Origin: Armatimonadota bacterium
GTDB lineage: Bacteria; Armatimonadota; UBA5829; DSUL01
Length of the DNA stretch: 64,000 nt
Reading direction: 5' to 3'
Assembly (NCBI GenBank): GCA_039811685.1
Contig: JBDHZC010000001.1
Span: 1-64,000, forward strand
Made by a program: the position numbers and the translations under genes. Under the pieces are notes generated by a model, which saw only the letters and a program-made list of their open reading frames with translations, was not told the origin of the DNA and searched no databases. Each line of letters begins with the position of its first letter. Position 1 is the first letter of the stretch. This document shows positions 10,353-19,485 of this stretch, in pieces.

Positions 10353-11228
10353 TTGGCCAGCCAGGTGATAAACACCGTCGGGCTGGTTGTTAATCCGGGC
10401 AAGGAGTCTTCGTTTGGCCTGGCGGCCAAACTGGCTGCGTTTGCCAGAGAGACGGGCTGTGAGGTGGTGGCGGAGGATCCAGTCGCGGCGCGTCTCGGCC
10501 TTCCGGGGCATACGCTTGCAGAAGTTGTGGCTGCCTGCGACGTAGTGCTTGCCCTGGGAGGTGATGGCACTCTTCTGCGCGTTGCGCGCGAAGCGGCGCC
10601 GCTAGAGAAGCCGATCGTTGGAATCCATTTCGGACGCTACGGCTTCATCATGGAGACGGATCCCAGCGAAGCGCTGGAGGCTCTCGGCAGTGTCTTGCGC
10701 GGCGACTACACTTTGAGCAGCAGGCTGATGCTTCAGGCCAGCCTCACGCGCGCGGGCCTGCAGACGCAGGTGTACTCTGCGCTGAATGACGTTGTCATTG
10801 CTCGGGGGACGATGTCTCGGCTTGTCCGCTTACGCGTCAACGTCGGTCCGCAGGAGGTTGTGCGCTACTCAGCGGACGGCATCATCATCGCAACACCGAC
10901 CGGGTCAACGGCCTACTCGCTGTCGGCGGGTGGGCCGGTAATTCATCCGGATGTGGACGTCGTAGCCATCACGCCGATAGCGCCACACACACTGAACTCC
11001 CGGGCGCTTGTGATTCCGGCCGGAGAACCCATAGAGGTGACCGCGGAAGCAGGTGCGTTTGAGGGTGTGCTGACAGTGGATGGACAGCTTCAGGACACGC
11101 TTCAGGACGGGGATGTCATCCGCATCTCTCGCGCACCTTTTGTCGCTCGCCTCGTTCAGACGCGCCGCAGCGCTTTTTACCTTCAGCTTGAGAGCCGCCT
11201 TGGATTTGGTGAGCGATACGACCGTTAG
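10353..11228 (+). CDS. nadK: NAD kinase
   Basis: GGDGTLL, ALND, DGIIIATPTGSTAYSLSAGGP. Confidence 0.97.
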   Translation: MASQVINTVGLVVNPGKESSFGLAAKLAAFARETGCEVVAEDPVAARLGLPGHTLAEVVAACDVVLALGGDGTLLRVAREAAPLEKPIVGIHFGRYGFIMETDPSEALEALGSVLRGDYTLSSRLMLQASLTRAGLQTQVYSALNDVVIARGTMSRLVRLRVNVGPQEVVRYSADGIIIATPTGSTAYSLSAGGPVIHPDVDVVAITPIAPHTLNSRALVIPAGEPIEVTAEAGAFEGVLTVDGQLQDTLQDGDVIRISRAPFVARLVQTRRSAFYLQLESRLGFGERYDR

Positions 11229-11339
11229 CAGCGCCCGGAACTCAATCGGGTCTTTTCAGAACGGCGGCACATTCTGCATAATGTGGTAGGTGCATAGTCC
11301 GCCGGAGCCGAAAGACTCACAGCGGGCTCAGATAACGCC

Positions 11340-13025
11340 ATGCTCACACAACTCCACGTGGAAAACTTCGCCCTCATAGATGTGCTGGACCTGGAGTTCT
11401 CGCCAGGGTTCACAGTGCTCACTGGCGAAACCGGCGCCGGTAAGTCCATTCTGGTGGATGCCATCAATGCTCTGCTTGGTGAGAGGGTCGGAGGTGACTC
11501 TGTGCGAGAAGGGTGCTCAAAATCTGTGGTTCAGGGCGCCTTTGATGTAGCTGGACGACCCGAGATCGCAGAGCAGATAATTGAGCAGGGTCATGAAGCC
11601 GAAGACGGCGTCATTCTTGCACGGGATATCTCCATTCACGGCAAGACGCAGTGCCGCGTAAACGGGCGGCTCTCGACCCTCAATGCCCACCGAGATCTCA
11701 CGCAACTTCTGGCGGATGTCCACGGTCAACACGAGCATCAACTGCTTCTTTCGTTGAAATGGCAGCTTCAGTTTCTGGACGGATTTGTAGGCACAGAAGC
11801 CACCGCCCTGAAGCGTCAGCTAAGTGAGGAATGGGGACGCCTCCAACAGGTTTCAGAGACACTGCGACAACTCTCCTCAGACGCGCGAGAGCGCGAGCGG
11901 CTGGCAGACCTCTACCGTTTCCAGGTTCAGGAGATTGAGAGCGCTGGCCTGCGCCCCGGTGAAGAAGAGGATTTGAAAGCGGAAAATCTGCGCCTGGCTA
12001 ATCTGGAAAAGCTGTCGATAGCCGCCGAGACTGCCACCGCGCACCTGGCTGGAGGAGAAGAGGCGGGCCTTGGAGCTGAGGACTCGGTCGCGGCATCTGT
12101 AAAGGCGCTTGAAGCAGTCGCGCGCTTCGATGCCGAGATAGACGCTCATGTCCAGTCACTCACAGAGGCTCTCGTGCGGATTCAGGAGGCTTCAGAAGGA
12201 CTCAGAGCCTGGCGAGAGGATCTGGATGTCAGCCCTGGGCGTATTGATGAGGTTCAGTCGCGTTTGGATCTCATCAGCAATCTCAAGCGTAAGTATGGGG
12301 AGACGATCCCTGACATTCTCGTCTATCTGGACAGAGTGGCAAATGATCTCGGCGCGCTGGAAACTTCCGATGAACAGCGCTTGAAGTTAGAATCCGAACA
12401 GGCTGGATTGCAGGAGTCTGTCCGATCTCTTGCGGCTGAGCTTACGCGAATGCGTAATGCTGCTGTAGCGGAGCTCTCCAGGCGCGTAGAAGAGCAGCTT
12501 GCCGACCTTGGGATGGCCGGCGCAAAATTCAAAGTCAGCGTTGACGACGCGCCGCTTGGCCCTACTGGTGCTGACAGGGTAGAGTTTTTGATCTCTGCCA
12601 ACGCCGGAGAGTCTGCGCGGCCGCTCTCCAAGGTGGCTAGTGGTGGAGAATCTTCGCGCATAATGCTTGCGCTCAAGACGGTTCTCACGTCGGAAGATCC
12701 CGTACGCACGCTGGTTTTTGACGAGGTGGATGCGGGTATTGGCGGACGCACGGCTAATGTCGTTGGAGAGAAGCTCAAGGGTCTCGCTCAGGGCCGGCAG
12801 GTGCTGTGCGTAACTCATCTGGCTCAGATCGCCAGCTTTGCAGACAGCCACTTTCAGGTGCAAAAGCGTGAGTCCAACGGACGGACCGTCGTGGAAATCC
12901 GAAAACTCTCAGACGAAGAGCGAGTTGTCGAACTGGCGCGGATGCTGGGCGGCAATCAGGAAAGCGAGGCAGCAGTCCAACATGCGCGCGAACTCCTCAG
13001 CGCAAGTGCGCCCCAAAGCCGGTAG
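11340..13025 (+). CDS. recN: DNA repair protein RecN
   Basis: TGETGAGKS, HGQHEHQ, ASGGESSR, VFDEVDAGIGG, VTHLAQIA. Confidence 0.97.
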   Translation: MLTQLHVENFALIDVLDLEFSPGFTVLTGETGAGKSILVDAINALLGERVGGDSVREGCSKSVVQGAFDVAGRPEIAEQIIEQGHEAEDGVILARDISIHGKTQCRVNGRLSTLNAHRDLTQLLADVHGQHEHQLLLSLKWQLQFLDGFVGTEATALKRQLSEEWGRLQQVSETLRQLSSDARERERLADLYRFQVQEIESAGLRPGEEEDLKAENLRLANLEKLSIAAETATAHLAGGEEAGLGAEDSVAASVKALEAVARFDAEIDAHVQSLTEALVRIQEASEGLRAWREDLDVSPGRIDEVQSRLDLISNLKRKYGETIPDILVYLDRVANDLGALETSDEQRLKLESEQAGLQESVRSLAAELTRMRNAAVAELSRRVEEQLADLGMAGAKFKVSVDDAPLGPTGADRVEFLISANAGESARPLSKVASGGESSRIMLALKTVLTSEDPVRTLVFDEVDAGIGGRTANVVGEKLKGLAQGRQVLCVTHLAQIASFADSHFQVQKRESNGRTVVEIRKLSDEERVVELARMLGGNQESEAAVQHARELLSASAPQSR

Positions 13026-13029
13026 AGTT

Positions 13030-14181
13030 TTGGTTCCACGTGTCACAGGGCCGGCTAAATGCGGACGGCGCACCAAAGACCTGGCCAGAAGACTTCAACG
13101 CGGAGATATCGCTGTCATAGCCCATGAGAATCTGGACAGTGTTGGCGCGCAGATGCTCGTGGATGCGGGTGTTTCTGGTGTTGTGAATCTTCAGCCTTCA
13201 ATCTCCGGACGCTATCCAAACCGCGGACCGGGAATTCTGCTGGACGCCGGGGTTTTGCTGCTGGACATTGACCAACCTGATCTGATGGACGCTCTGCGTG
13301 AGGGGACAGAGCTAACGCTGGAAGGGGATCGGCTGATGGCGGGTGACCGCCAGGTGGCCGAAGGAGAGCTTCAGAGCCGCTCCGTCGTTGATCTGAAACT
13401 GGCTCGCAGCCGCAACAATCTGGATAGTGAGCTACAGCGCTTTGCGGAGAATACTCTTCACTATGCGTCCCGCGAACTGACGCAGCTTCTCGCCCCGGTC
13501 CAGACACCCGCCATTAACGCGAAGATACAGGATAAGCACGTGCTGGTCGTCGTGCGGGGCGACGGTTACAAACGCGATCTTGAGATTATCCGTGGCTACT
13601 TGATGGGCGTAAAGCCGGTAATAATCGCGGTGGACGGTGGCGCAGACGCGATGCTGGAGATGGGGATGAAGCCAGATATCATTCTGGGCGATATGGACAG
13701 CGTCTCAGACAAAGCGCTGCGGTGTGGAGCGGAGATTGTCGTACACACATATGCCGATGGGCGCGAGTCCCCGGGTTTGCAGCGCGTCCAGCAACTGGGT
13801 TTGGAGCACCAGAAGTTCTCCGTTCCGGGCACCAGTGAAGACGCCGCTATGCTTCTGGCCTTTGAGTACGGAGCGGAGTTGATTGTGGCGGTTGGAACTC
13901 ACTCGAATCTCTACGACTTCCTGGACAAGGGGCGGCACGGCATGGCCAGCACCATTCTAGTGCGAATGCGTATCGGGTCTCGGCTTGTGGACGCCCGGGG
14001 AGTAAGCAAGCTGTATCCGGCAAGAATTCCTGCGATCACGGTGGCTCTGGTCGCGCTTGGGATATTCCTGCTTTTTGCCGTCATCCTGTTGCAGAGTGAC
14101 GACGTTCACGGTTGGCTGCGTATGATAGGTAACTCTGTTAGACTTAAGATGCTCGAATGGCGTATACTGGGGCGGTCGTAG
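13030..14181 (+). CDS. steA: SteA-like putative cytokinetic ring protein (thiamine pyrophosphokinase-like fold, C-terminal TM)
   Basis: RRTKDL, SISGRYPNRGP, VVRG, VDGGADA, GDMDSVSD, GTSEDAA, FLDKGR, LVDARGVS; directly after recN. Start uncertain (TTG 13030). Confidence 0.85.
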   Translation: MVPRVTGPAKCGRRTKDLARRLQRGDIAVIAHENLDSVGAQMLVDAGVSGVVNLQPSISGRYPNRGPGILLDAGVLLLDIDQPDLMDALREGTELTLEGDRLMAGDRQVAEGELQSRSVVDLKLARSRNNLDSELQRFAENTLHYASRELTQLLAPVQTPAINAKIQDKHVLVVVRGDGYKRDLEIIRGYLMGVKPVIIAVDGGADAMLEMGMKPDIILGDMDSVSDKALRCGAEIVVHTYADGRESPGLQRVQQLGLEHQKFSVPGTSEDAAMLLAFEYGAELIVAVGTHSNLYDFLDKGRHGMASTILVRMRIGSRLVDARGVSKLYPARIPAITVALVALGIFLLFAVILLQSDDVHGWLRMIGNSVRLKMLEWRILGRS

Positions 14182-14194
14182 GAGTGCCGTCTCT

Positions 14195-15106
14195 TTGGTT
14201 GACGTAAGGTACCATATTTACAGCCTGGTTGCAGTGTTTGTCGCCCTTGCCGTCGGCATTCTGCTGGGAGTGGCCGTAGCGGGTGGCCCTGGGGCGCAGA
14301 AAGAGGCTATCAACAAGCAGACAACCCGGATTCTCGGGCTGGAAAAACAGTTTCGGACCTATTCAGAGCGCCTTCAGGACAAGCAGAATGAAATTGTCGA
14401 TCTGCAGGAGGATCTCAAGCAGGCTGACAAGCTGGTTTCTGTTGAGCTTCCGGCTCTGGTGCAGGGACAGCTTCTGGGTCGCGGAGTGGTTGTTATCCAG
14501 ATCGGGCAGAGTGGAGACTCGGCGAGGCTACAGGACACGCTGAAAGCTTCGGGTGCGACCATTCGATCAGTCACGCGGATCCGCACCAGCTACGGGTTTG
14601 ACAATCCCGAGAAGCTGCAGGCGGCTGCGAAGCTTCTTCCTGTTCCATTTCAGTCCTCGGGCGCCGATGCGCACCAACAGCTCTGGAGCTACGTGGCCTC
14701 AGTCCTTTCTCAAGGACAGCCAGGCCAACCATTTGCGATGATGTCAGATGCCGGAGTGCTGGAGAGCGAAGGCGACTACTCCCACACCTGTCGTCTGGCT
14801 GTCGTTCTAGCCCCGTCTGAGGCTGCCGCAAAATCTCTCAAAGAGACTGTCATCGCACCCTTGATCGCCCAACTCAAAGCGGACAATATGACAGTTGTGG
14901 TCGCGTTCTCATCCGCATCGGATGACAAGCATCCTGCTCAGGGCGATGGCGCCGCCTTGTGGCAGGACCTGGACACGCCTACTGTTGCCCATGCTGACTA
15001 TGCGCTCGGACAGATATGCGTTGTGGATGCGTTGGTCCACAATGAGGGCAGTTACGGTTTGGGGCCCGGTCAGCAACTGGTTCCACGCAGATTGATCGAG
15101 CGCTGA
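14195..15106 (+). CDS. steB: SteB/MctB (copper transporter) family protein
   Basis: N-terminal RYHIYSLVAVFVALAVGILLG TM followed by coiled coil; C-terminal GSYGLG; follows steA. Confidence 0.8.
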   Translation: MVDVRYHIYSLVAVFVALAVGILLGVAVAGGPGAQKEAINKQTTRILGLEKQFRTYSERLQDKQNEIVDLQEDLKQADKLVSVELPALVQGQLLGRGVVVIQIGQSGDSARLQDTLKASGATIRSVTRIRTSYGFDNPEKLQAAAKLLPVPFQSSGADAHQQLWSYVASVLSQGQPGQPFAMMSDAGVLESEGDYSHTCRLAVVLAPSEAAAKSLKETVIAPLIAQLKADNMTVVVAFSSASDDKHPAQGDGAALWQDLDTPTVAHADYALGQICVVDALVHNEGSYGLGPGQQLVPRRLIER

Positions 15107-15111
15107 ACCGC

Positions 15112-15873
15112 GTGAGCGCTTCTTCTGATTCCCGTGTTTCTGTCCTCATTCCCGCATTCAACGAATCCGACCGCATCGCAGCCACACTCGCGGGCTGCCA
15201 GGAGCTGGCAGGGCTACGTGAGGTTATCGTCGTGGACGATGCAAGTACCGACGACACCGGCGCTGTTGCCAGAGCCAGTGGAGCGGATCAAGTCATCTGC
15301 CTTCCTGAAAACCGTGGAAAAGCAGGCGCTCTGGACGCAGGACTTAGCGCTGCGCAGGGCCGCTACATCCTTATGCTGGATGCGGACCTGGGGGCATCAT
15401 CTCATCTTGCGAACGCCTTGCTGACCCCCATTCTGGACGGTGAAGCCGACATGACGGTCGCGGTCTTCCCGGAGCTTGTTGAAAAACCAAAGGGTGTGCG
15501 TTCAAAAGGGGGTTTTGGCTTTGCCCTGAAGCTGGCGCGTTCTGGAATCCGCGCTTTGACCGGCGCACAGCTTGTCGCCCCGCTTTCGGGGCAGCGTTGT
15601 CTGGATCGGCGCATCGTTGAGACGATGGGCGGTTTTGTTTCGCAGGGTGGCGGCGGAAGAGGTTTCGGAGTGGAGACCGCTCTCTCGGGCTGGGCTGCGG
15701 CAGGCGGCTGGCGAGTCAGGGAGATACCCGTTGAGATGTCGCACAGGCGTACAGGGAAGAATCTCTCGGGGTTACTACATCGCCTTCGCCAACTCGCGCA
15801 TATCTCACGGGCTCTGGTCTGGCTCGCGGGCGCTCGGCGGCGCGCACATGTCCTTCGAGAGGCGCAACAGTGA
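15112..15873 (+). CDS. Glycosyltransferase family 2
   Basis: IPAFNE, VVDDASTDDT, NRGKAGA, LDAD, PLSGQR, FGVET. Confidence 0.9.
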   Translation: MSASSDSRVSVLIPAFNESDRIAATLAGCQELAGLREVIVVDDASTDDTGAVARASGADQVICLPENRGKAGALDAGLSAAQGRYILMLDADLGASSHLANALLTPILDGEADMTVAVFPELVEKPKGVRSKGGFGFALKLARSGIRALTGAQLVAPLSGQRCLDRRIVETMGGFVSQGGGGRGFGVETALSGWAAAGGWRVREIPVEMSHRRTGKNLSGLLHRLRQLAHISRALVWLAGARRRAHVLREAQQ

Positions 15874-16712
15874 GCGCTGTATTCTTGTATCCTGTCATTG
15901 GCACGTGTCTGTTCATTGTCGCTCTAGCCGTCCTGCGCTGGTGGGGTAAGCGCGTGACGAACTTTCAAGGCCGCACTGTCCCTACAGGTCTGGGCGCCTA
16001 CATTCTAGCCTGGGCAGCTCCTGCGGCTTTGCTGGTATCCTGGGGCACGGGCTCACAACGCTTCGAGATTGCGTGGGTCGTGGCGCTGGTTCCTCTTGGT
16101 GTGCTTGGCTTTCTCGACGATATACTTGGCTCACACGGAGGCGGAGGGTTTTCTGGACATTTTCGATCTGCCCTGCGCGGCCGTATCACAACCGGGTTTT
16201 TGAAAGCTGTCATTGGTGGCGTGGGCACTCTTGCGGGGGCATACCTGCTGGAGACCGGACGTGAGAGTGCTGGAAGCGCACTCTATCTCCTCATTTTGTG
16301 TGACGCTCTTGTCATCGCGCTCAGCGCCAACTTCATTAACCTGCTCGATCTGCGCCCGGGGAGAGCTGGCTGGGTCTTTCTGGCCCTGTGGTATGTGGAA
16401 GGTGTGGCAATCTGGCTGTTCGGATGGGGTGGGGTAGCGTGGATGCTGCTGTCATTCCCGGCAGTGATTGTCTTGGTAGCCCTTCTGCCCTGGGACATGC
16501 GCGCTATCATCATCCAGGGAGATGCTGGCTCAAATACGCTGGGCGCAATTCTCGGACTCGGATGCGCTGCTTTTCTTCCTGTCTGGCTGCGTGCGGTCGC
16601 ACTGGTCCTGCTCGTGGCCGTACATATATTCGCGGAGAAATCCTCTATCTCCAGCGCTATCACAGCCAGCCCATTTCTCGCCGCGCTGGATAAGCGGTTG
16701 GGCGTGCGCTGA
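15870..16712 (+). CDS. MraY/WecA-like (Glycos_transf_4) membrane phosphotransferase
   Basis: Multi-TM; GFLDD, NFINLLDLRPGR, GDAGSNTLG motifs. Confidence 0.75.
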   Translation: MSAVFLYPVIGTCLFIVALAVLRWWGKRVTNFQGRTVPTGLGAYILAWAAPAALLVSWGTGSQRFEIAWVVALVPLGVLGFLDDILGSHGGGGFSGHFRSALRGRITTGFLKAVIGGVGTLAGAYLLETGRESAGSALYLLILCDALVIALSANFINLLDLRPGRAGWVFLALWYVEGVAIWLFGWGGVAWMLLSFPAVIVLVALLPWDMRAIIIQGDAGSNTLGAILGLGCAAFLPVWLRAVALVLLVAVHIFAEKSSISSAITASPFLAALDKRLGVR

Positions 16713-16827
16713 GATGTGACAGTCTTGCAGCAGCGCTGGCTGTCTATGGGCGAGCATACATCACGTTTGAGAGGTTAGGGAGAAGCGCAACGCAAGTGGC
16801 ATTCGTTCCACCCCTGGGTGACGTTTT

Positions 16828-18528
16828 TCAGTGTGAGAAGCTGAAACGCGCGATAGTCGTTTCCCCGCCCCTCAACTCGAAAACGCCACCCAGTTCGTCA
16901 CGAACCAGATTTTCAACAATTTGCAGCCCCAGATTCCGCTGCTTGTGCATGTCAAAATCGGGCGGCAGAGTGTTGCCGGAGTTCTCGACTTCCACGGTTA
17001 CGGTGCCATCCTGCTGCTGCACGCCGATCCGGCAGACTCCTTCCGCGTGTGGCAGGCCGTGTTCAATGGCGTTTTGTACAAGCTCGTTCAGCACAAGCGC
17101 TACGCTGGTAGCCTGGTGAGAGGCCAGCAGTATGTCTGGTCCCTCAACTTTCATCTCCACCTTGTGCCCGACTGGCAGCGAGCTGGAGGAGTGCGCAGAC
17201 AAAATCGTCTCTGCCAGCTTTCGGACGGAGACAGTGTCCAGGTCCTCTCGCGACAGCATCTCGTGAACCACGGCAATGGACTGGATGCGATGGATACTTT
17301 CAGTGAGAGCGCTCTCAGTCGTCACGCCGCGGGCATAGCGCAACTGCAGCCGCAGCAGGCTTGCCACTGTCTGAAGGTTGTTCTTTACGCGGTGATGCAT
17401 CTCCTGAAGAATCGCAGAGCGCACGTTAAGCTGGGCATTTTCGATTGCAATGGCCGCTTGTGTCGCCAGTGCCGCAAGTAAAGTGACCTCGTCGTCGGTA
17501 AAGTTGTGCGGGCGGGATGTGTAGCAGTTCAGGACGCCTATTACGCGTCCCTTCAAGATCATTGGCAGGCAGACCAGTGAGCACAGGCCTTCCTGCCGGG
17601 CAATGTCTGGAAAGCGGTAGCCCGGCATCTTCTTTACGTCCAGCACCGCAACCGGACGCTTCTCCGCGGCCGCCACACCGGCGAGACTCTCTCCAATCTT
17701 GACGTTGGGCTTCTTGACGTAGCTGCGGCTCTGGGAAGTCGTCGCCTTGAGCACCAGTTCCTCTTTGTCATCATCTGTCAAAAGGACTGTGCAGATGCTC
17801 AGATTCAGTGTCCGCGCTGTAGCTGCCACCACAAACTGCAGAATCTCTTCGAGATAGAGTCCGGATGAAATCGTGCGGCTGATCTCTGACAGCGTGGAGA
17901 GTTGGGATGCGCGCCGCTCCACGTACAAAAGATGTTCAGAGCTTTCAATAGCGGAGGCTACCTGAGCAGCCACGCTTTCGACTATCTCGATCTGCCCCTC
18001 AGTGTACTCGTGGGCTTCCTCGGTGCGGATGTTAATGACGCCGATAATATCGTCCTGACCCATCAGTGGAATACTGAGGATGGACTCAAAGCGATCCTGC
18101 TTGATCTCCGGAGCGCTGAGAAACCGCGAGTCCTTCTCCGCATCGCGCGAAATAGCCACGCGATAGCGGTTTAGCGCGACCCAGCCGGTGATGCCAACTC
18201 CCAGCGGTATCCGCACTTTTCCCACCGAATCAACTGCCTGGTGGCTGGCTGCCCTTAGCGTGAGCTCCGTCTTGGCTTCATTCAGTAGATAGATGAAGCA
18301 GACGTCCGTCTCGGTCACGCGCTGGATGATGTCGGCTACGCTTTGCATCATCAAAGGCAGGTCGCGCCGAAGATTGATCGCCTGGCCAACTTGTCGCAAA
18401 GCCTCCACCTCTGCGGACTTCTGAGCCAGCCGCGCTTCGAGGTCTGCTATGCGGCTGTCCAGCGCAGCAGAGGACTCCAGCGCAGGCTCTGTCGCGGCTC
18501 CAACTTGTGGGGAGTGAGAGGATGACAT
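16828..18528 (-). CDS. Cytoplasmic GAF-GAF sensor histidine kinase (HisKA_2 type, PdtaS/EutW-like)
   Basis: Two GAF domains, EMHHRVKNNLQ H-box, NELVQNAIEHG, LGLQIV; no TM segment. Confidence 0.92.
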   Translation of the reverse strand: MSSSHSPQVGAATEPALESSAALDSRIADLEARLAQKSAEVEALRQVGQAINLRRDLPLMMQSVADIIQRVTETDVCFIYLLNEAKTELTLRAASHQAVDSVGKVRIPLGVGITGWVALNRYRVAISRDAEKDSRFLSAPEIKQDRFESILSIPLMGQDDIIGVINIRTEEAHEYTEGQIEIVESVAAQVASAIESSEHLLYVERRASQLSTLSEISRTISSGLYLEEILQFVVAATARTLNLSICTVLLTDDDKEELVLKATTSQSRSYVKKPNVKIGESLAGVAAAEKRPVAVLDVKKMPGYRFPDIARQEGLCSLVCLPMILKGRVIGVLNCYTSRPHNFTDDEVTLLAALATQAAIAIENAQLNVRSAILQEMHHRVKNNLQTVASLLRLQLRYARGVTTESALTESIHRIQSIAVVHEMLSREDLDTVSVRKLAETILSAHSSSSLPVGHKVEMKVEGPDILLASHQATSVALVLNELVQNAIEHGLPHAEGVCRIGVQQQDGTVTVEVENSGNTLPPDFDMHKQRNLGLQIVENLVRDELGGVFELRGGETTIARFSFSH

Positions 18529-18648
18529 AGATCACAAATATCCCGCAGCTCTACGGGCGGATCTCAGGCGGTAGATGCGGCAAAGGCGTCACTCCTTCCC
18601 CGCCCGCCGTAGCACAGGGAAGAGACGCAAAAAGGAGTGAGAGAAAGC

Positions 18649-19224
18649 TCAGACTTCGTTGGCGATGATAATAGCCTCAGCTATCTCCCTCATTGACTTG
18701 CGCGTGTTCATGCTCTGAGTCTGAATGCGGCGAAAGGCTTCGTTTTCCTTCATCTGGAACTTGTCCATGAGAATGCCCTTCGCGCGCTCCACAACCTTAC
18801 GAGTCTCGATTTTGTCCTCGAGGCTGTTGACCTGTTCTTCCAGAGCTTTCATCTGCTCGAACCGGGCGATTGCGATATCAATGGCCGGACGCATATCAGA
18901 TTCCTGGAACGGCTTCACCAGGTAGCCGAAGACTCCTGCATCACGCGCGCGCTCTACGAGATCGCTCTCGCTGTAAGCCGTCAGCAGCACAACTGGAGCA
19001 ATTCCCTCGTCTGTAATAATTTTGGCGGCGTCCAGCCCGTCCATCACCGGCATCTTGATATCCAGAATACAAATGTCCGGGTCCAGATTGCGAGCCAGGT
19101 TGACAGCGGTTTCCCCGTCCGAAGCTTCTCCAACCACCGTATGTCCCGCATCTTCCAGAACCTTTTTGACATCGAGGCGAATGATGGACTCGTCATCCGC
19201 AATAACCACTCGCAATGGCTGCAT
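18649..19224 (-). CDS. Response regulator with ANTAR RNA-binding output domain (PdtaR/EutV-like)
   Basis: REC domain (IADDE, LDIKMP, YLVKP) plus ANTAR RKVVERAKGILM...EAFRRIQTQSMN. Alternative GTG start at 19239. Confidence 0.95.
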   Translation of the reverse strand: MQPLRVVIADDESIIRLDVKKVLEDAGHTVVGEASDGETAVNLARNLDPDICILDIKMPVMDGLDAAKIITDEGIAPVVLLTAYSESDLVERARDAGVFGYLVKPFQESDMRPAIDIAIARFEQMKALEEQVNSLEDKIETRKVVERAKGILMDKFQMKENEAFRRIQTQSMNTRKSMREIAEAIIIANEV

Positions 19225-19450
19225 AGTAATTCGGTGCACTCCTTATTTTGTCTGCCAGACGGCTGCTGGAGCCCTGCTGGTAGAAAGCGCCTTTTTCGCG
19301 GCGCTCAAGTAGCTCAGTGCGACTACGGTGTCGTGAATCACGCGGGTATCAAGGATTCGCTCACGCTGCTCAGGTTACTTTCAGCAACTGCGCTCTGCGT
19401 GTCTTGAGGCTCAGCGTTCTGCCAAGCCTACCCTGTCGGATTTTATCCCA

Positions 19451-19459
19451 TGCTATAAT
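19451..19459 (+). promoter_or_regulatory. Extended -10 promoter element
   Basis: TGCTATAAT 27 nt upstream of ATG 19486. Confidence 0.6.
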
Positions 19460-19485
19460 CCCCTGTCAAAGCGCGTACTCAAGTC

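Noticed and set aside
11229..11339. LexA box upstream of recN
   Set aside because: The best candidate, GAAC-GGCG-GCAC, has a poor right half-site.
18578..18590. ANTAR-like hairpin GGC-AAAGGC-GTC
   Set aside because: It is on the non-coding strand for the flanking genes and has no second hairpin.
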